In this document: positions 17,401-25,525 of the stretch, in pieces | Layout of the letters: the number at the start of each line of letters is the position of its first letter | Position numbering within the stretch: the stretch's first letter is position 1 | Origin: Planctomycetota bacterium | GTDB taxonomy: Bacteria; Planctomycetota; UBA1135; UBA2386 | DNA: 50,928 nucleotides | Direction: 5' to 3' | NCBI GenBank assembly: GCA_036160175.1 | Contig: JAYYEE010000118.1 | Coordinates: 1-50,928, forward strand | Made by a program: the position numbers and the translations under genes | Notes under the pieces: generated by a model | The model's database searches: none | What the model was told of the DNA's origin: nothing | The model's input: only the letters and a program-made list of their open reading frames with translations

Positions 17401-19197
17401 TTGTCGCTGCCGCTGCCGTTCTTGGCTGGTCTGTTGGTCGTGGTGGGACACCGCGAGTTTGGCGGCGCGTTGCCAGGGCAAGGCGTCGTCGACGAGCTCG
17501 CCTGGGCGCTCTGCCTATTGGTCGCGCCCTGGGCGCTGGCCGCTGCGGCGCGCGCTGCGGCGCTGCGATCGCTGCTAAGCGGGCGCCGTCCTGCGGCGCC
17601 GATGTCGGCGATGCTGCGTCTCTCCGCGATCGCGACGCCGCTCGCGCTGCACGCGCTGTTCGAGCTCGGCTGCTACAGCGACTGGATCGACCGCGCGGCG
17701 CCATCGAGCCACGCGCTCCGCGCGGTCCTCGCGTTGCTCCCGCTGTATGTGGCGGAGTTGCCGCGCCTCGCCGTCGCGACGATGGCGGCGGCGCTCGTCG
17801 AGGCGCGCTTCGAGTCACGGGCCGCGCTCCGGGTCTCGTCGGTTTACCTGCCGAGCTGGCGCGATGTGTGGCCTTCGGTCCGACTCCAGTTTGGTTGGCC
17901 ACTGCTCGCGCTCATGCCCGCTTTGCTCTACGGCGCTGGCATGGATCTCTTGGAGCTCTGGCGTGACGGCTACGTGTTCGTCGTCGCGACCGCGGCGGGC
18001 ATGTCGCTGGCGGCCATGGGATATCTGTTGGCGGTCGCCGCGCTGCTCCCGTTCTGGTTCCGGGTCGCGTTCGCTGTGAGTGACCGGCTCCCCGAGTCAC
18101 ACGCCGACTCGCTCCGCGCGACCGCCGAGCAGCTCGGGTTCTCGCCGCGCCGCTTGTTCGTGTTGCCGACGGGATCTCGCGCCGTGAACGCGATGATGGT
18201 CGGTCCGCTGCCCTTTGGTCGGATGCTCTGCTTCACCGACGGCATCCTTGAGATGCTCGACCCGCGCTCGCTGGCCGGCGTCCTCGCGCACGAGGTCGGC
18301 CACGCGCGGATGGGACACCCGGGCCTGCTAGCGCTCTTGGGGCTGGTGGTGCCCGCGATGTTGCTCTCGCCGCTGCGCTTGCTCGACGTCGAAGGCGACG
18401 ACGTGGTCACCGCGCTCCTGGTCATGGCTGTCGTCATGACGACGCTCTGGTTGGCGCTGCGCGCGCTCGCGCGCCGCTTTGAGCATGAGGCGGACGTCTC
18501 GACCCTTCAGGTGCTCGGGGCTGAGCCGTGCAGCCGCGCGCTGATCACGGTCTCGCAATCCACCCTGCCTGTCGGCGGCTTCTTTCGTAGCCGGGTGCTC
18601 AGCCTGCACCCCGAAGAGCGCGCGCGCCTGGAGACGATGCGCCGCTACGAGGTTGAGCCGGAGTTTCGCGCGCGCTTCGACCGCGGCTCGGCGAACCTGC
18701 GGCGCGCGCTGGCAGCGGTCTTGATGACCAGCATCGCGGTCGGGGCGTGGTTCTGGAGCGTCGACTGGCCGAATGAACGTGTCGCCGTGCAGTTCTACCG
18801 GGGCGACTTCGCCGCCGCGCGGCGTTCGCTGGATGCGATCGAGTCCGTCCCCGAACGCTGGCGTGAGCCGCTGCAGCGGATCCGTAGCCAGCTGGACACC
18901 GCTGACGAGCTGCAGCCTGGCCTGGAGCGCTGGCGAGATGTGCAGCGCGCGCTGGTGCCAGCAGCGTGGCGGCGCGGCGAAGAGGTGCTGATCCAGGACG
19001 GCCCAGCGGCCGCCTATCCCTGGTTGGCGCTCGCGGTCACCGCGATGCCGGCGCCGACGACGACCGAGTATGCGATCTACGAATACGCAAAGGCGGCGGC
19101 GGAGCGCGACCCCGACCGGATGGCCGCGCTCGCGAGGATCGTGTGGCGCCTCGGTGTGCCGGCGTCGCTCGCCGAGGTCTTCGGCGGCTATCAGTAG
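17401..19197 (+). CDS. M48-family (HtpX/Ste24-like) membrane zinc metallopeptidase with C-terminal extension
   Basis: Several N-terminal TM helices. VNAMMVGPLPFGRMLCFTDGILEML...LAGVLAHEVGHARMGHP (HExxH) and downstream RRFEHEADV (third-ligand Glu, M48 pattern). The start lies 3 nt after the upstream stop. Confidence 0.8.
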   Translation: MSLPLPFLAGLLVVVGHREFGGALPGQGVVDELAWALCLLVAPWALAAAARAAALRSLLSGRRPAAPMSAMLRLSAIATPLALHALFELGCYSDWIDRAAPSSHALRAVLALLPLYVAELPRLAVATMAAALVEARFESRAALRVSSVYLPSWRDVWPSVRLQFGWPLLALMPALLYGAGMDLLELWRDGYVFVVATAAGMSLAAMGYLLAVAALLPFWFRVAFAVSDRLPESHADSLRATAEQLGFSPRRLFVLPTGSRAVNAMMVGPLPFGRMLCFTDGILEMLDPRSLAGVLAHEVGHARMGHPGLLALLGLVVPAMLLSPLRLLDVEGDDVVTALLVMAVVMTTLWLALRALARRFEHEADVSTLQVLGAEPCSRALITVSQSTLPVGGFFRSRVLSLHPEERARLETMRRYEVEPEFRARFDRGSANLRRALAAVLMTSIAVGAWFWSVDWPNERVAVQFYRGDFAAARRSLDAIESVPERWREPLQRIRSQLDTADELQPGLERWRDVQRALVPAAWRRGEEVLIQDGPAAAYPWLALAVTAMPAPTTTEYAIYEYAKAAAERDPDRMAALARIVWRLGVPASLAEVFGGYQ

Positions 19198-21473
19198 CGA
19201 TTGACCTCGACGGCCCAGGTCATCTCCTGCTGCCAAACATCGTTGCCGTAGCGGTCGAACTCACGCACGCGAGTGTTCTCCGCGACGATGGTGTTGCCGT
19301 TCGGCAGGCGGTCGGCGTCGGACGGTGAGCTAAGCCCTGTGAGCTCGAACACCACCTTGCCGGCGCGATCGATCTCAATCACGGCGCCCTTGTTGCGGAG
19401 TGTCACCAACGTGTTGCCGTTGGGCAGGCGGTCGGCGTCGTGCGCGTTAGGGAGCCCCTTACCCTCCCAGACGATCTCCCCGGCGGGGCTGACCTCGAGG
19501 ACCCGGTCATTGAGGACGTCTGCGATCAAGGTGTTGCCGTTTGGGAGGCGGTCGACGTCAAACGGTCGGACGTTCTTCGAGTATGACCAAACGATCTGGC
19601 CTTCGCGATCGACCTCGATGACCCGACTCGCGAACGTGTCCGCGATCAAGGTGTTGCCGTTCCGGAGCCGGTCGGCGTCGTACGGGTTCTTGAGGTCCTC
19701 GTATTGCCAGACGGTCTCGCCCTCACGGTTGACCTCCTGGACCTTGCTGACAGAAAACTCGGTGATCAGCAGGTTGTCGTTGTCCAGGCACTCCGCGTCC
19801 CACGCGCCGAAGATCTCGTCGAGCACGAACACCGTTCGGCCTTGGTCATCGACCTCGATGATGCGGTTGTCGGAGTAGTCCGCGATCAAGGTGAAGCCCC
19901 ACATCGCGCCGCCGCCGACGCCGAGCTCGACGTGGTGGACGTCCTTCCAAGGCATCGCAGCGGCGCCGAGGCTCGGCACGGTGACCCCGACGCTGCCAGC
20001 CGAAACTTCGGCGAGGAACCCGATGAGCCGCTCTCCCGTAGTCAGGTCGAGGCGCGCGTAGCTGATGCTCTCAGGCGTGGGCATGCGCGGGCGGGTGAAG
20101 AGGACGCCGGCGACCTCGTCGATCGGGATGTTGTCCTTGTTCTCAGTTTGGACGCGCCCGCTGTCCAGGCGCAGGAGGTCGCCATCGAGGATCTCGCCGG
20201 AGCGCAGGCGGACGCGGTCATGGTCAACCGAGGCGCCGACGAGCCGGTCGAGCTCCGGGTCAAACGCGATCCCTTGCACGTCGCCGCGCGGCAACTTGAG
20301 CTCGCCGAACAGCGTGGTGAGGAGGCGCACCGACTCGGCGTTGATCTCTAGGACTTCGCCCGCGATGCGGCTGCCTTGGTTGAGGAACACCATCGACTGC
20401 TCCGACCTCTCGACTACGTGCGCCGGGAAGTCGAACGACGAGCAATCTGTGAAGGACAGCTCGGCGACCGGCAGCCCGGCGAACGCGCCGTCAACGACGA
20501 ACGAGTCGCCGTAGATCGCGACGAGGGCCCCCCGGGCTTCGGAGCGGTCGGGCAGCGACAGCACCACCTCGGCGCTGGGCGCGTCTTTGGGCAACTGGAC
20601 GCTCGCGCCGCCAGCGATCACCGGATCCGGGTGCTTGCCGAGCTCGTCGAGCAACGCCGCGACGTCCGCGTCGCTGCTGGCGCGCGTGCGCAGCGCGCGG
20701 ATCATCGCCATCATCTCGGCGCGATCCAGCGTGACGTCTGCGAGCGGTCCCGTCTGCTTGCGACCCATCAGCAAGCTGCGGCAATCGCCGAGCGCAGTCG
20801 GTGACTTCATGCGCGCGAGCGCGCTCAGCGCGATCGGGCGGTGCAGCCCGGATTTGAACGTGACCATCGGCGCGACGGCGCCTGCCTCGCCATCCCCACC
20901 TTGCCGCCCCAGCGCGCGGATCGCGCCGCCGGCGACCGCAGCGTCGGTGTGGCCTAGCGCGCTGCGCAGCGATCGCAGGAGCCGGCTGTCGGCCTCCAAG
21001 TAGATGGCCAGCCGGACCAGCCCTTGCAGCAGACGGCGTTCGCGGTCCTCCTGCTCGGTGCCCTTCGCGGCGAGCGCGTCGAGGATCCGAGAGCAGCGGA
21101 TGCTCTGCTCGAGGACCTCGTATTCCTTCCGCCGCTTCTCGATCACGGCGAGCGCGCGGCCACCGATCTCCACCAGCGTTCGCTCGGCGTTCTCGCGGAC
21201 TTGCCAGTTCGGGTCGCTCAGCTCTTCGAGGAGCCGGTCGATTTTGAGTCGGTACTCACGGTAGTCCCCGTGCAGCCGCGCGACCACAGGAGTGAACGCG
21301 CGGTCTTGCTGCTCTAAGAGGCTGCCGACCTGCTCCATCTGGACCGTCAGCGAAGGCTGTTGAAACCCCTTCGCGCGTTCGAGGAGCTCTGCGTCCGTCC
21401 AGTCTTGTGCGTACAGGCACGCGCTCGTGAGCGCGCCGATCGGCAGGAGACGCCACTTGGAGAGGGGGTTCAT
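19191..21473 (-). CDS. Exported HEAT-repeat protein with C-terminal 6-bladed beta-propeller
   Basis: Signal peptide MNPLSKWRLLPIGALTSACLYAQ. HEAT-like units (DPNWQVRENAERTLVEIG, LGHTDAAVAGGAIRALG, LGKHPDPVIAGGA). The C-terminal 235 aa are six 40-aa repeats of the form D(A)DRLPNGNTLIAD...RV(I/L)EVD..G(E/Q)IVW. Confidence 0.8.
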   Translation of the reverse strand: MNPLSKWRLLPIGALTSACLYAQDWTDAELLERAKGFQQPSLTVQMEQVGSLLEQQDRAFTPVVARLHGDYREYRLKIDRLLEELSDPNWQVRENAERTLVEIGGRALAVIEKRRKEYEVLEQSIRCSRILDALAAKGTEQEDRERRLLQGLVRLAIYLEADSRLLRSLRSALGHTDAAVAGGAIRALGRQGGDGEAGAVAPMVTFKSGLHRPIALSALARMKSPTALGDCRSLLMGRKQTGPLADVTLDRAEMMAMIRALRTRASSDADVAALLDELGKHPDPVIAGGASVQLPKDAPSAEVVLSLPDRSEARGALVAIYGDSFVVDGAFAGLPVAELSFTDCSSFDFPAHVVERSEQSMVFLNQGSRIAGEVLEINAESVRLLTTLFGELKLPRGDVQGIAFDPELDRLVGASVDHDRVRLRSGEILDGDLLRLDSGRVQTENKDNIPIDEVAGVLFTRPRMPTPESISYARLDLTTGERLIGFLAEVSAGSVGVTVPSLGAAAMPWKDVHHVELGVGGGAMWGFTLIADYSDNRIIEVDDQGRTVFVLDEIFGAWDAECLDNDNLLITEFSVSKVQEVNREGETVWQYEDLKNPYDADRLRNGNTLIADTFASRVIEVDREGQIVWSYSKNVRPFDVDRLPNGNTLIADVLNDRVLEVSPAGEIVWEGKGLPNAHDADRLPNGNTLVTLRNKGAVIEIDRAGKVVFELTGLSSPSDADRLPNGNTIVAENTRVREFDRYGNDVWQQEMTWAVEVNRY
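19194..19898 (-). repeat. Coding tandem repeat, 120-bp period (propeller blades)
   Basis: Near-identical 30-mers GTGTTGCCGTTnGGnAGGCGGTCGGCGTCG at 19291, 19411, 19531 and 19651 (plus strand), with a degenerate copy at 19771. The 120-nt spacing equals 40 codons. Confidence 0.85.
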
Positions 21474-21716
21474 ACGTAGAACAGTCTATGCAACGCGGAC
21501 ACCGCGTTGTGGTTCGTTCCACGTCCGAGTTTGCGCGGTATTCCGCGACGCGGGAACGCTGCCTGAACCCGGGAGTTCGCTGCTAGGGAATGAGTCGGGG
21601 CCCTCGCCGTCGGCGGTCTGAGTCTTTAGAGTCGCCCCAACCCTCCTCGCGTCGCTGTCGTTCGGAAAGGTCCTGCTGGCCGCCGATCGGTCGAGCACAC
21701 CCAAGAACGAAGCCCT

Positions 21717-24452
21717 GTGTCGTTGTCAACGTCATCCCTGACGCGCGCCCTGACGTGCGCCGTGCTCGCGGCCCTTGCGCTACCAGCGCAGCAGGTGCGC
21801 GTCGCGCCTGGCCTCGGCGTCCTGGCACCAGTTGGCCAAAGCGGCGCCGACGAAGACCCCGGCAAGCCCGTGGAGATGTTCGAGAACTCGAACCTCGACA
21901 ATTACTTGCGTCGCGCGCGCGGGCTGTTGGAGCGCGGCGACTTCACGGGCGCGATCGAGCTCCTCCAGGAAGTCATCGAAGGCAAGACCGTCGAGGTGGT
22001 GGCCATCTCTGCGACGGGTGATCCAGCCCCAGGTGGCGAAGACGCGCCGCGGCCGACGGACGGTTTGGCCGCGTCCACAGGCGGCGCCAGGGAGGACCTC
22101 AGCGCGCGCAATGCGGTCTTCAGCCAAGACGGGCGGCTCTACAGGCCAGTCCGCCGCTTGTGCCACGAGCTGCTCGCGCAAATGCCCGAGGTCGGGATCG
22201 AGCTCTACCGAACGGCCTACGAGTATGCGGCCGAGGAGCTGTTGCAGCGCGCGCTCAAACGCGGCTCAACTGCCGACCTAGAAGGCGTCGCGAACCGCTA
22301 CTTCATCACGTTGCCTGCGGGGCGCGCGATGGTCCTGCTCGCAGATCGCTTGATGCACGCCGGCCGGTATCGCGGCGCAGTCCAGGTGCTCCGAGACCTC
22401 CTCGACACCTACCCCGCCGCCAACCGCGCGCGGCTCGGCATCCGGGCCGTGTGGTGCGAGTTCAAGATCGCGCTGTGCCTGCGGCTCGCGGGCGAGCGGA
22501 ACGAGGCCCGCCGCGCGGTCGAAGACCTCGCGGAAGAGCACGCCGAGGAGTCGCTCCGTATCCTCGGGCAGCTCGAGTCGGTGCGCGACCTCCCAGACAG
22601 CGCGCTGTTCGCGCGAGACACGGTCGTGATCGACGGCGCGGTGGCCGGGGCCGAAGCGTCGTGGCTAGACGATGGTCTGCCGGGCCTGTTGCCGCTGTGG
22701 CAGTATCGCTTCGAAGACCCGCAGCCGTACCGAGATCCCCAGCCCAGCAAGAACAACCGGGGCGGCATCTGGCTGGATAGCGGCGTGCAGACGACCGCGA
22801 TGCCGTTCGCAAAGCGCTATGGTCCAGCAACTTGGGTTGCATTCAGTGAGGATCGCCGCGGCGCCTTCGTCGAGCCGCGCGCGCTGTTCTTGGAGCACTT
22901 CCGCCTGCGGATGACCGACGCGGCGTCGGGGCTTTTGTTGCAGGCGGGCGACGGGGCGAACGCTCCTCCCAAGCCGCGCGAGAACTACCCGCGCGTGCGC
23001 ATCGCGGCGGTCGACCACGCCTTGCTGCGCCCGGTCGAAGACGAGCAGCGTCGCTACGTGGTGTCCGGTTACTCGGGGAACGTGACCAACACGGAGGCGG
23101 CGCTCAAGTCGACCGAGCTGGTCGCCTACGACCGCGAGACCTGGGAGCGCGCGTGGTCTAGCGTCACCTGGCTCGCTGGGGAGGACGGCCTGCGGGACGT
23201 GACCTTCTTGGCCGCGCCGACGGTCTTCGCTGAGCGCTTGCTGCTGCCAGCGCTGCGCGGAGGCTCCTACACCCTTGAGTGCTTGGATCGCCGCACCGGC
23301 GAACCGCTATGGCACGCGCCGCTGCACACGGGCGGCTCACCCTTCTATAAGGCGCCGGGTACGCAGGTCGCCGTGTCTGGCGGGGTCGCCTTCGTCGCGA
23401 CCAACGCAGGCTGCCTCGCGGCGGTGGACGCCTTCTCCGGAGACCTCCGTTGGATCCGACGCTACGAGCGCCTCGATCCGATCCACGGCGCCGGGCGCCG
23501 TAAGGGGAAGTCCAGCAGCGGCAACCGGGGAAACTGGGGCCGGCGACAGCAGTTCACGCAGGAGGCCCTCGGCTCCTTCGAGCCGGCGGACCTCGTGTTA
23601 CACGGCGGCCGCGTCATCCTCGCGCCGTGCGACGGGGACGTGCTGATATCCGTCGACGCGACGACGGGAGAGCCGGTTTGGATGCTCGACGCGGACTCGA
23701 TCCACGCGCCCTACGGGCGGCTCGTGCAGGTCATCGGCGCGGGTGACGGCAAGCTCTTCGTCGCGTCACGATCGCACCTCGTCTGCGTCGAGCTCGCAGG
23801 CGGCTTGGTGAGGTGGATGAAGCAGATACCAACTTGGTTGGGGCCAAAGCACTCGGGGCGCGGCCGAGGCGCGGTCGTTGGGTCGACGGTCATCGTCCCC
23901 AACATGCGCGAGCTGCTGCTGTTTGACGCCAACAACGAGTCGCCGATGCGCCGCCTGCCGCTGCCGTCGTTTGACGAGGGCAGCGAGCCGCTGCAGGGGC
24001 CGTGCAACGTCGTGGTTCGCGGGGCGTGGCTCGCAGCGGGGTTCGCTGGCGGGGTCGAGGTGTTCAGCACCGCGGCTGCGCTCGGCCCGCTCGCGGAGAC
24101 GTCCGAGGACCCGTTGCGTCGCGCCTCCTACCTCGCGACGCTCGGGGACGGTGAGGCCGCTGAAGAGACGCTCGCCAAAGTGATGCAGGGCAGCGAGGAC
24201 CCTGCGGTGCGCGCGCGCGCTGGACGCCGGCTGTTGTCATTGATCCGGGAGAGAGCGTTCAGGGTCGCCTTAGAAGGGGGGCTGCCGGCTGGCCTGGCCG
24301 CGATGGACAAGGTGCGAGAGCTGCTGCCACAGCGGGAGCTGCGCATGCATTGGCACCTCGCGCGGGTCGAGCTGTGTAAGGCGGCGGGGGATCTGCGGGC
24401 GCACGAGGCAGAGCAGCAGCGCCTCTACGATTACATGGAGGGCAGGGGATGA
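21717..24452 (+). CDS. Exported TPR + PQQ-like (BamB-like) beta-propeller repeat protein
   Basis: GTG start. Signal peptide ...LTCAVLAALALPAQQ. N-terminal helical/TPR part, then repeated G(E/D)xxW propeller signatures (GEPLWHAPL, GDLRWIRRY, GEPVWMLD, GGLVRWMKQ). C-terminal helical repeats. 911 aa. Confidence 0.75.
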   Translation: MSLSTSSLTRALTCAVLAALALPAQQVRVAPGLGVLAPVGQSGADEDPGKPVEMFENSNLDNYLRRARGLLERGDFTGAIELLQEVIEGKTVEVVAISATGDPAPGGEDAPRPTDGLAASTGGAREDLSARNAVFSQDGRLYRPVRRLCHELLAQMPEVGIELYRTAYEYAAEELLQRALKRGSTADLEGVANRYFITLPAGRAMVLLADRLMHAGRYRGAVQVLRDLLDTYPAANRARLGIRAVWCEFKIALCLRLAGERNEARRAVEDLAEEHAEESLRILGQLESVRDLPDSALFARDTVVIDGAVAGAEASWLDDGLPGLLPLWQYRFEDPQPYRDPQPSKNNRGGIWLDSGVQTTAMPFAKRYGPATWVAFSEDRRGAFVEPRALFLEHFRLRMTDAASGLLLQAGDGANAPPKPRENYPRVRIAAVDHALLRPVEDEQRRYVVSGYSGNVTNTEAALKSTELVAYDRETWERAWSSVTWLAGEDGLRDVTFLAAPTVFAERLLLPALRGGSYTLECLDRRTGEPLWHAPLHTGGSPFYKAPGTQVAVSGGVAFVATNAGCLAAVDAFSGDLRWIRRYERLDPIHGAGRRKGKSSSGNRGNWGRRQQFTQEALGSFEPADLVLHGGRVILAPCDGDVLISVDATTGEPVWMLDADSIHAPYGRLVQVIGAGDGKLFVASRSHLVCVELAGGLVRWMKQIPTWLGPKHSGRGRGAVVGSTVIVPNMRELLLFDANNESPMRRLPLPSFDEGSEPLQGPCNVVVRGAWLAAGFAGGVEVFSTAAALGPLAETSEDPLRRASYLATLGDGEAAEETLAKVMQGSEDPAVRARAGRRLLSLIRERAFRVALEGGLPAGLAAMDKVRELLPQRELRMHWHLARVELCKAAGDLRAHEAEQQRLYDYMEGRG

Positions 24453-25489
24453 TGATCTGTCGAGGGTGGTTTCGGTGCTCGGTGAGCGCGCTCGCCGCAG
24501 CGGCGCTGGGCGCGCAGCAGCCGAGCTACCCGCCAGGGGTGACCGCGGAGGTGCACGCCGCGATCCAGAGCGGGCTCAAGTGGCTCTCCAAGAACCAGGC
24601 CAAAGATGGCAGCTGGCGCAACTCTGGCGGCTACGGCAGCTACCCAGCCGCGATGACGGGGCTCGCCGGCATGGCGTTCATCGCCAGCGGGTCGACGCCG
24701 ACGCGTGGTCGCTACTGGCGGGAGGTGCGGCAGAGCGCGAGCTTCTTGCTCAAGCACAGCAACCCCGAGAACGGCGTCATCTCCGTGCCCGAAGAGGAAG
24801 GGCGGAGCATGTACGGCCACGGCTTCGCGACGCTCTACCTCGCCAGCGTCTACGGCATGGAAGAGGGCCTGCGCCAGCAGGAGCGGCTCAAGCGCGCGTT
24901 AGACAAAGCGGTGAAGCTGATCGCCTCGGCGCAGTCCACCGCCGGCGGTTGGATCTACACGCCGGACTCGAACAGCGACGAGGGCAGCGTCACGGTCACC
25001 CAGATCCAGGCGCTGCGCGCCTGTCGAATGGCTGGGATCGTCTGCGACAAGAAGGTCATCGACAAGGCCGTCGACTACATCAAGCGCTGCCAGAACGCAG
25101 ACGGGAGCATCCGCTACAGCCTGCGATCCGGCGGCGACGGTCGCCCCGCGATCACGGCGGCCGGGGTCGCGGTGCTTTACAACGCGGGCGTCTATGACGA
25201 TCAGCCGTTCGTGACGAAGGCGGTCGACTACTGCAAGAAGCAGATCAAGGTCACCGTCAACAGCACGGGGCACCACTACTATGCGCACCTCTACTGGTCG
25301 CAGGCGCTCTACCAGCGCGGCGGCGACGACTGGGACGAGTACTACCAGCAGGCGTGCCAATACTTGCTCCGTCAGCAGCGCAAGGACGGCAGCTGGCAAG
25401 GCGACGGGGTCGGCACGGTCTACGGCACCGCGATCGCGTTGACTATCCTCCAGCTGCCGTACGCGTACGCGCCGATCTACCAGCGCTGA
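24449..25489 (+). CDS. Exported prenyltransferase/squalene-oxidase-repeat (alpha/alpha toroid) protein
   Basis: ATGA overlap with the upstream stop. Signal peptide, then recurring QxxDGSW/GGW repeat motifs (QAKDGSWRN, QSTAGGWIY, QNADGSIRY, QRKDGSWQG) typical of the terpenoid-cyclase/prenyltransferase toroid. I saw no DxDD motif. Confidence 0.75.
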   Translation: MMICRGWFRCSVSALAAAALGAQQPSYPPGVTAEVHAAIQSGLKWLSKNQAKDGSWRNSGGYGSYPAAMTGLAGMAFIASGSTPTRGRYWREVRQSASFLLKHSNPENGVISVPEEEGRSMYGHGFATLYLASVYGMEEGLRQQERLKRALDKAVKLIASAQSTAGGWIYTPDSNSDEGSVTVTQIQALRACRMAGIVCDKKVIDKAVDYIKRCQNADGSIRYSLRSGGDGRPAITAAGVAVLYNAGVYDDQPFVTKAVDYCKKQIKVTVNSTGHHYYAHLYWSQALYQRGGDDWDEYYQQACQYLLRQQRKDGSWQGDGVGTVYGTAIALTILQLPYAYAPIYQR

Positions 25490-25525
25490 GCGACGCCTCC
25501 CCTACCACATGTCGATAACGCTGCG

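Noticed and set aside
19270-19900. Regularly spaced 30-nt repeats with a 120-bp period, which could look like a CRISPR array.
   Set aside because: The repeats are in frame inside a long ORF and encode the DRLPNGNT blade motif. The 'spacers' are also homologous to each other at the protein level. No cas genes are present.
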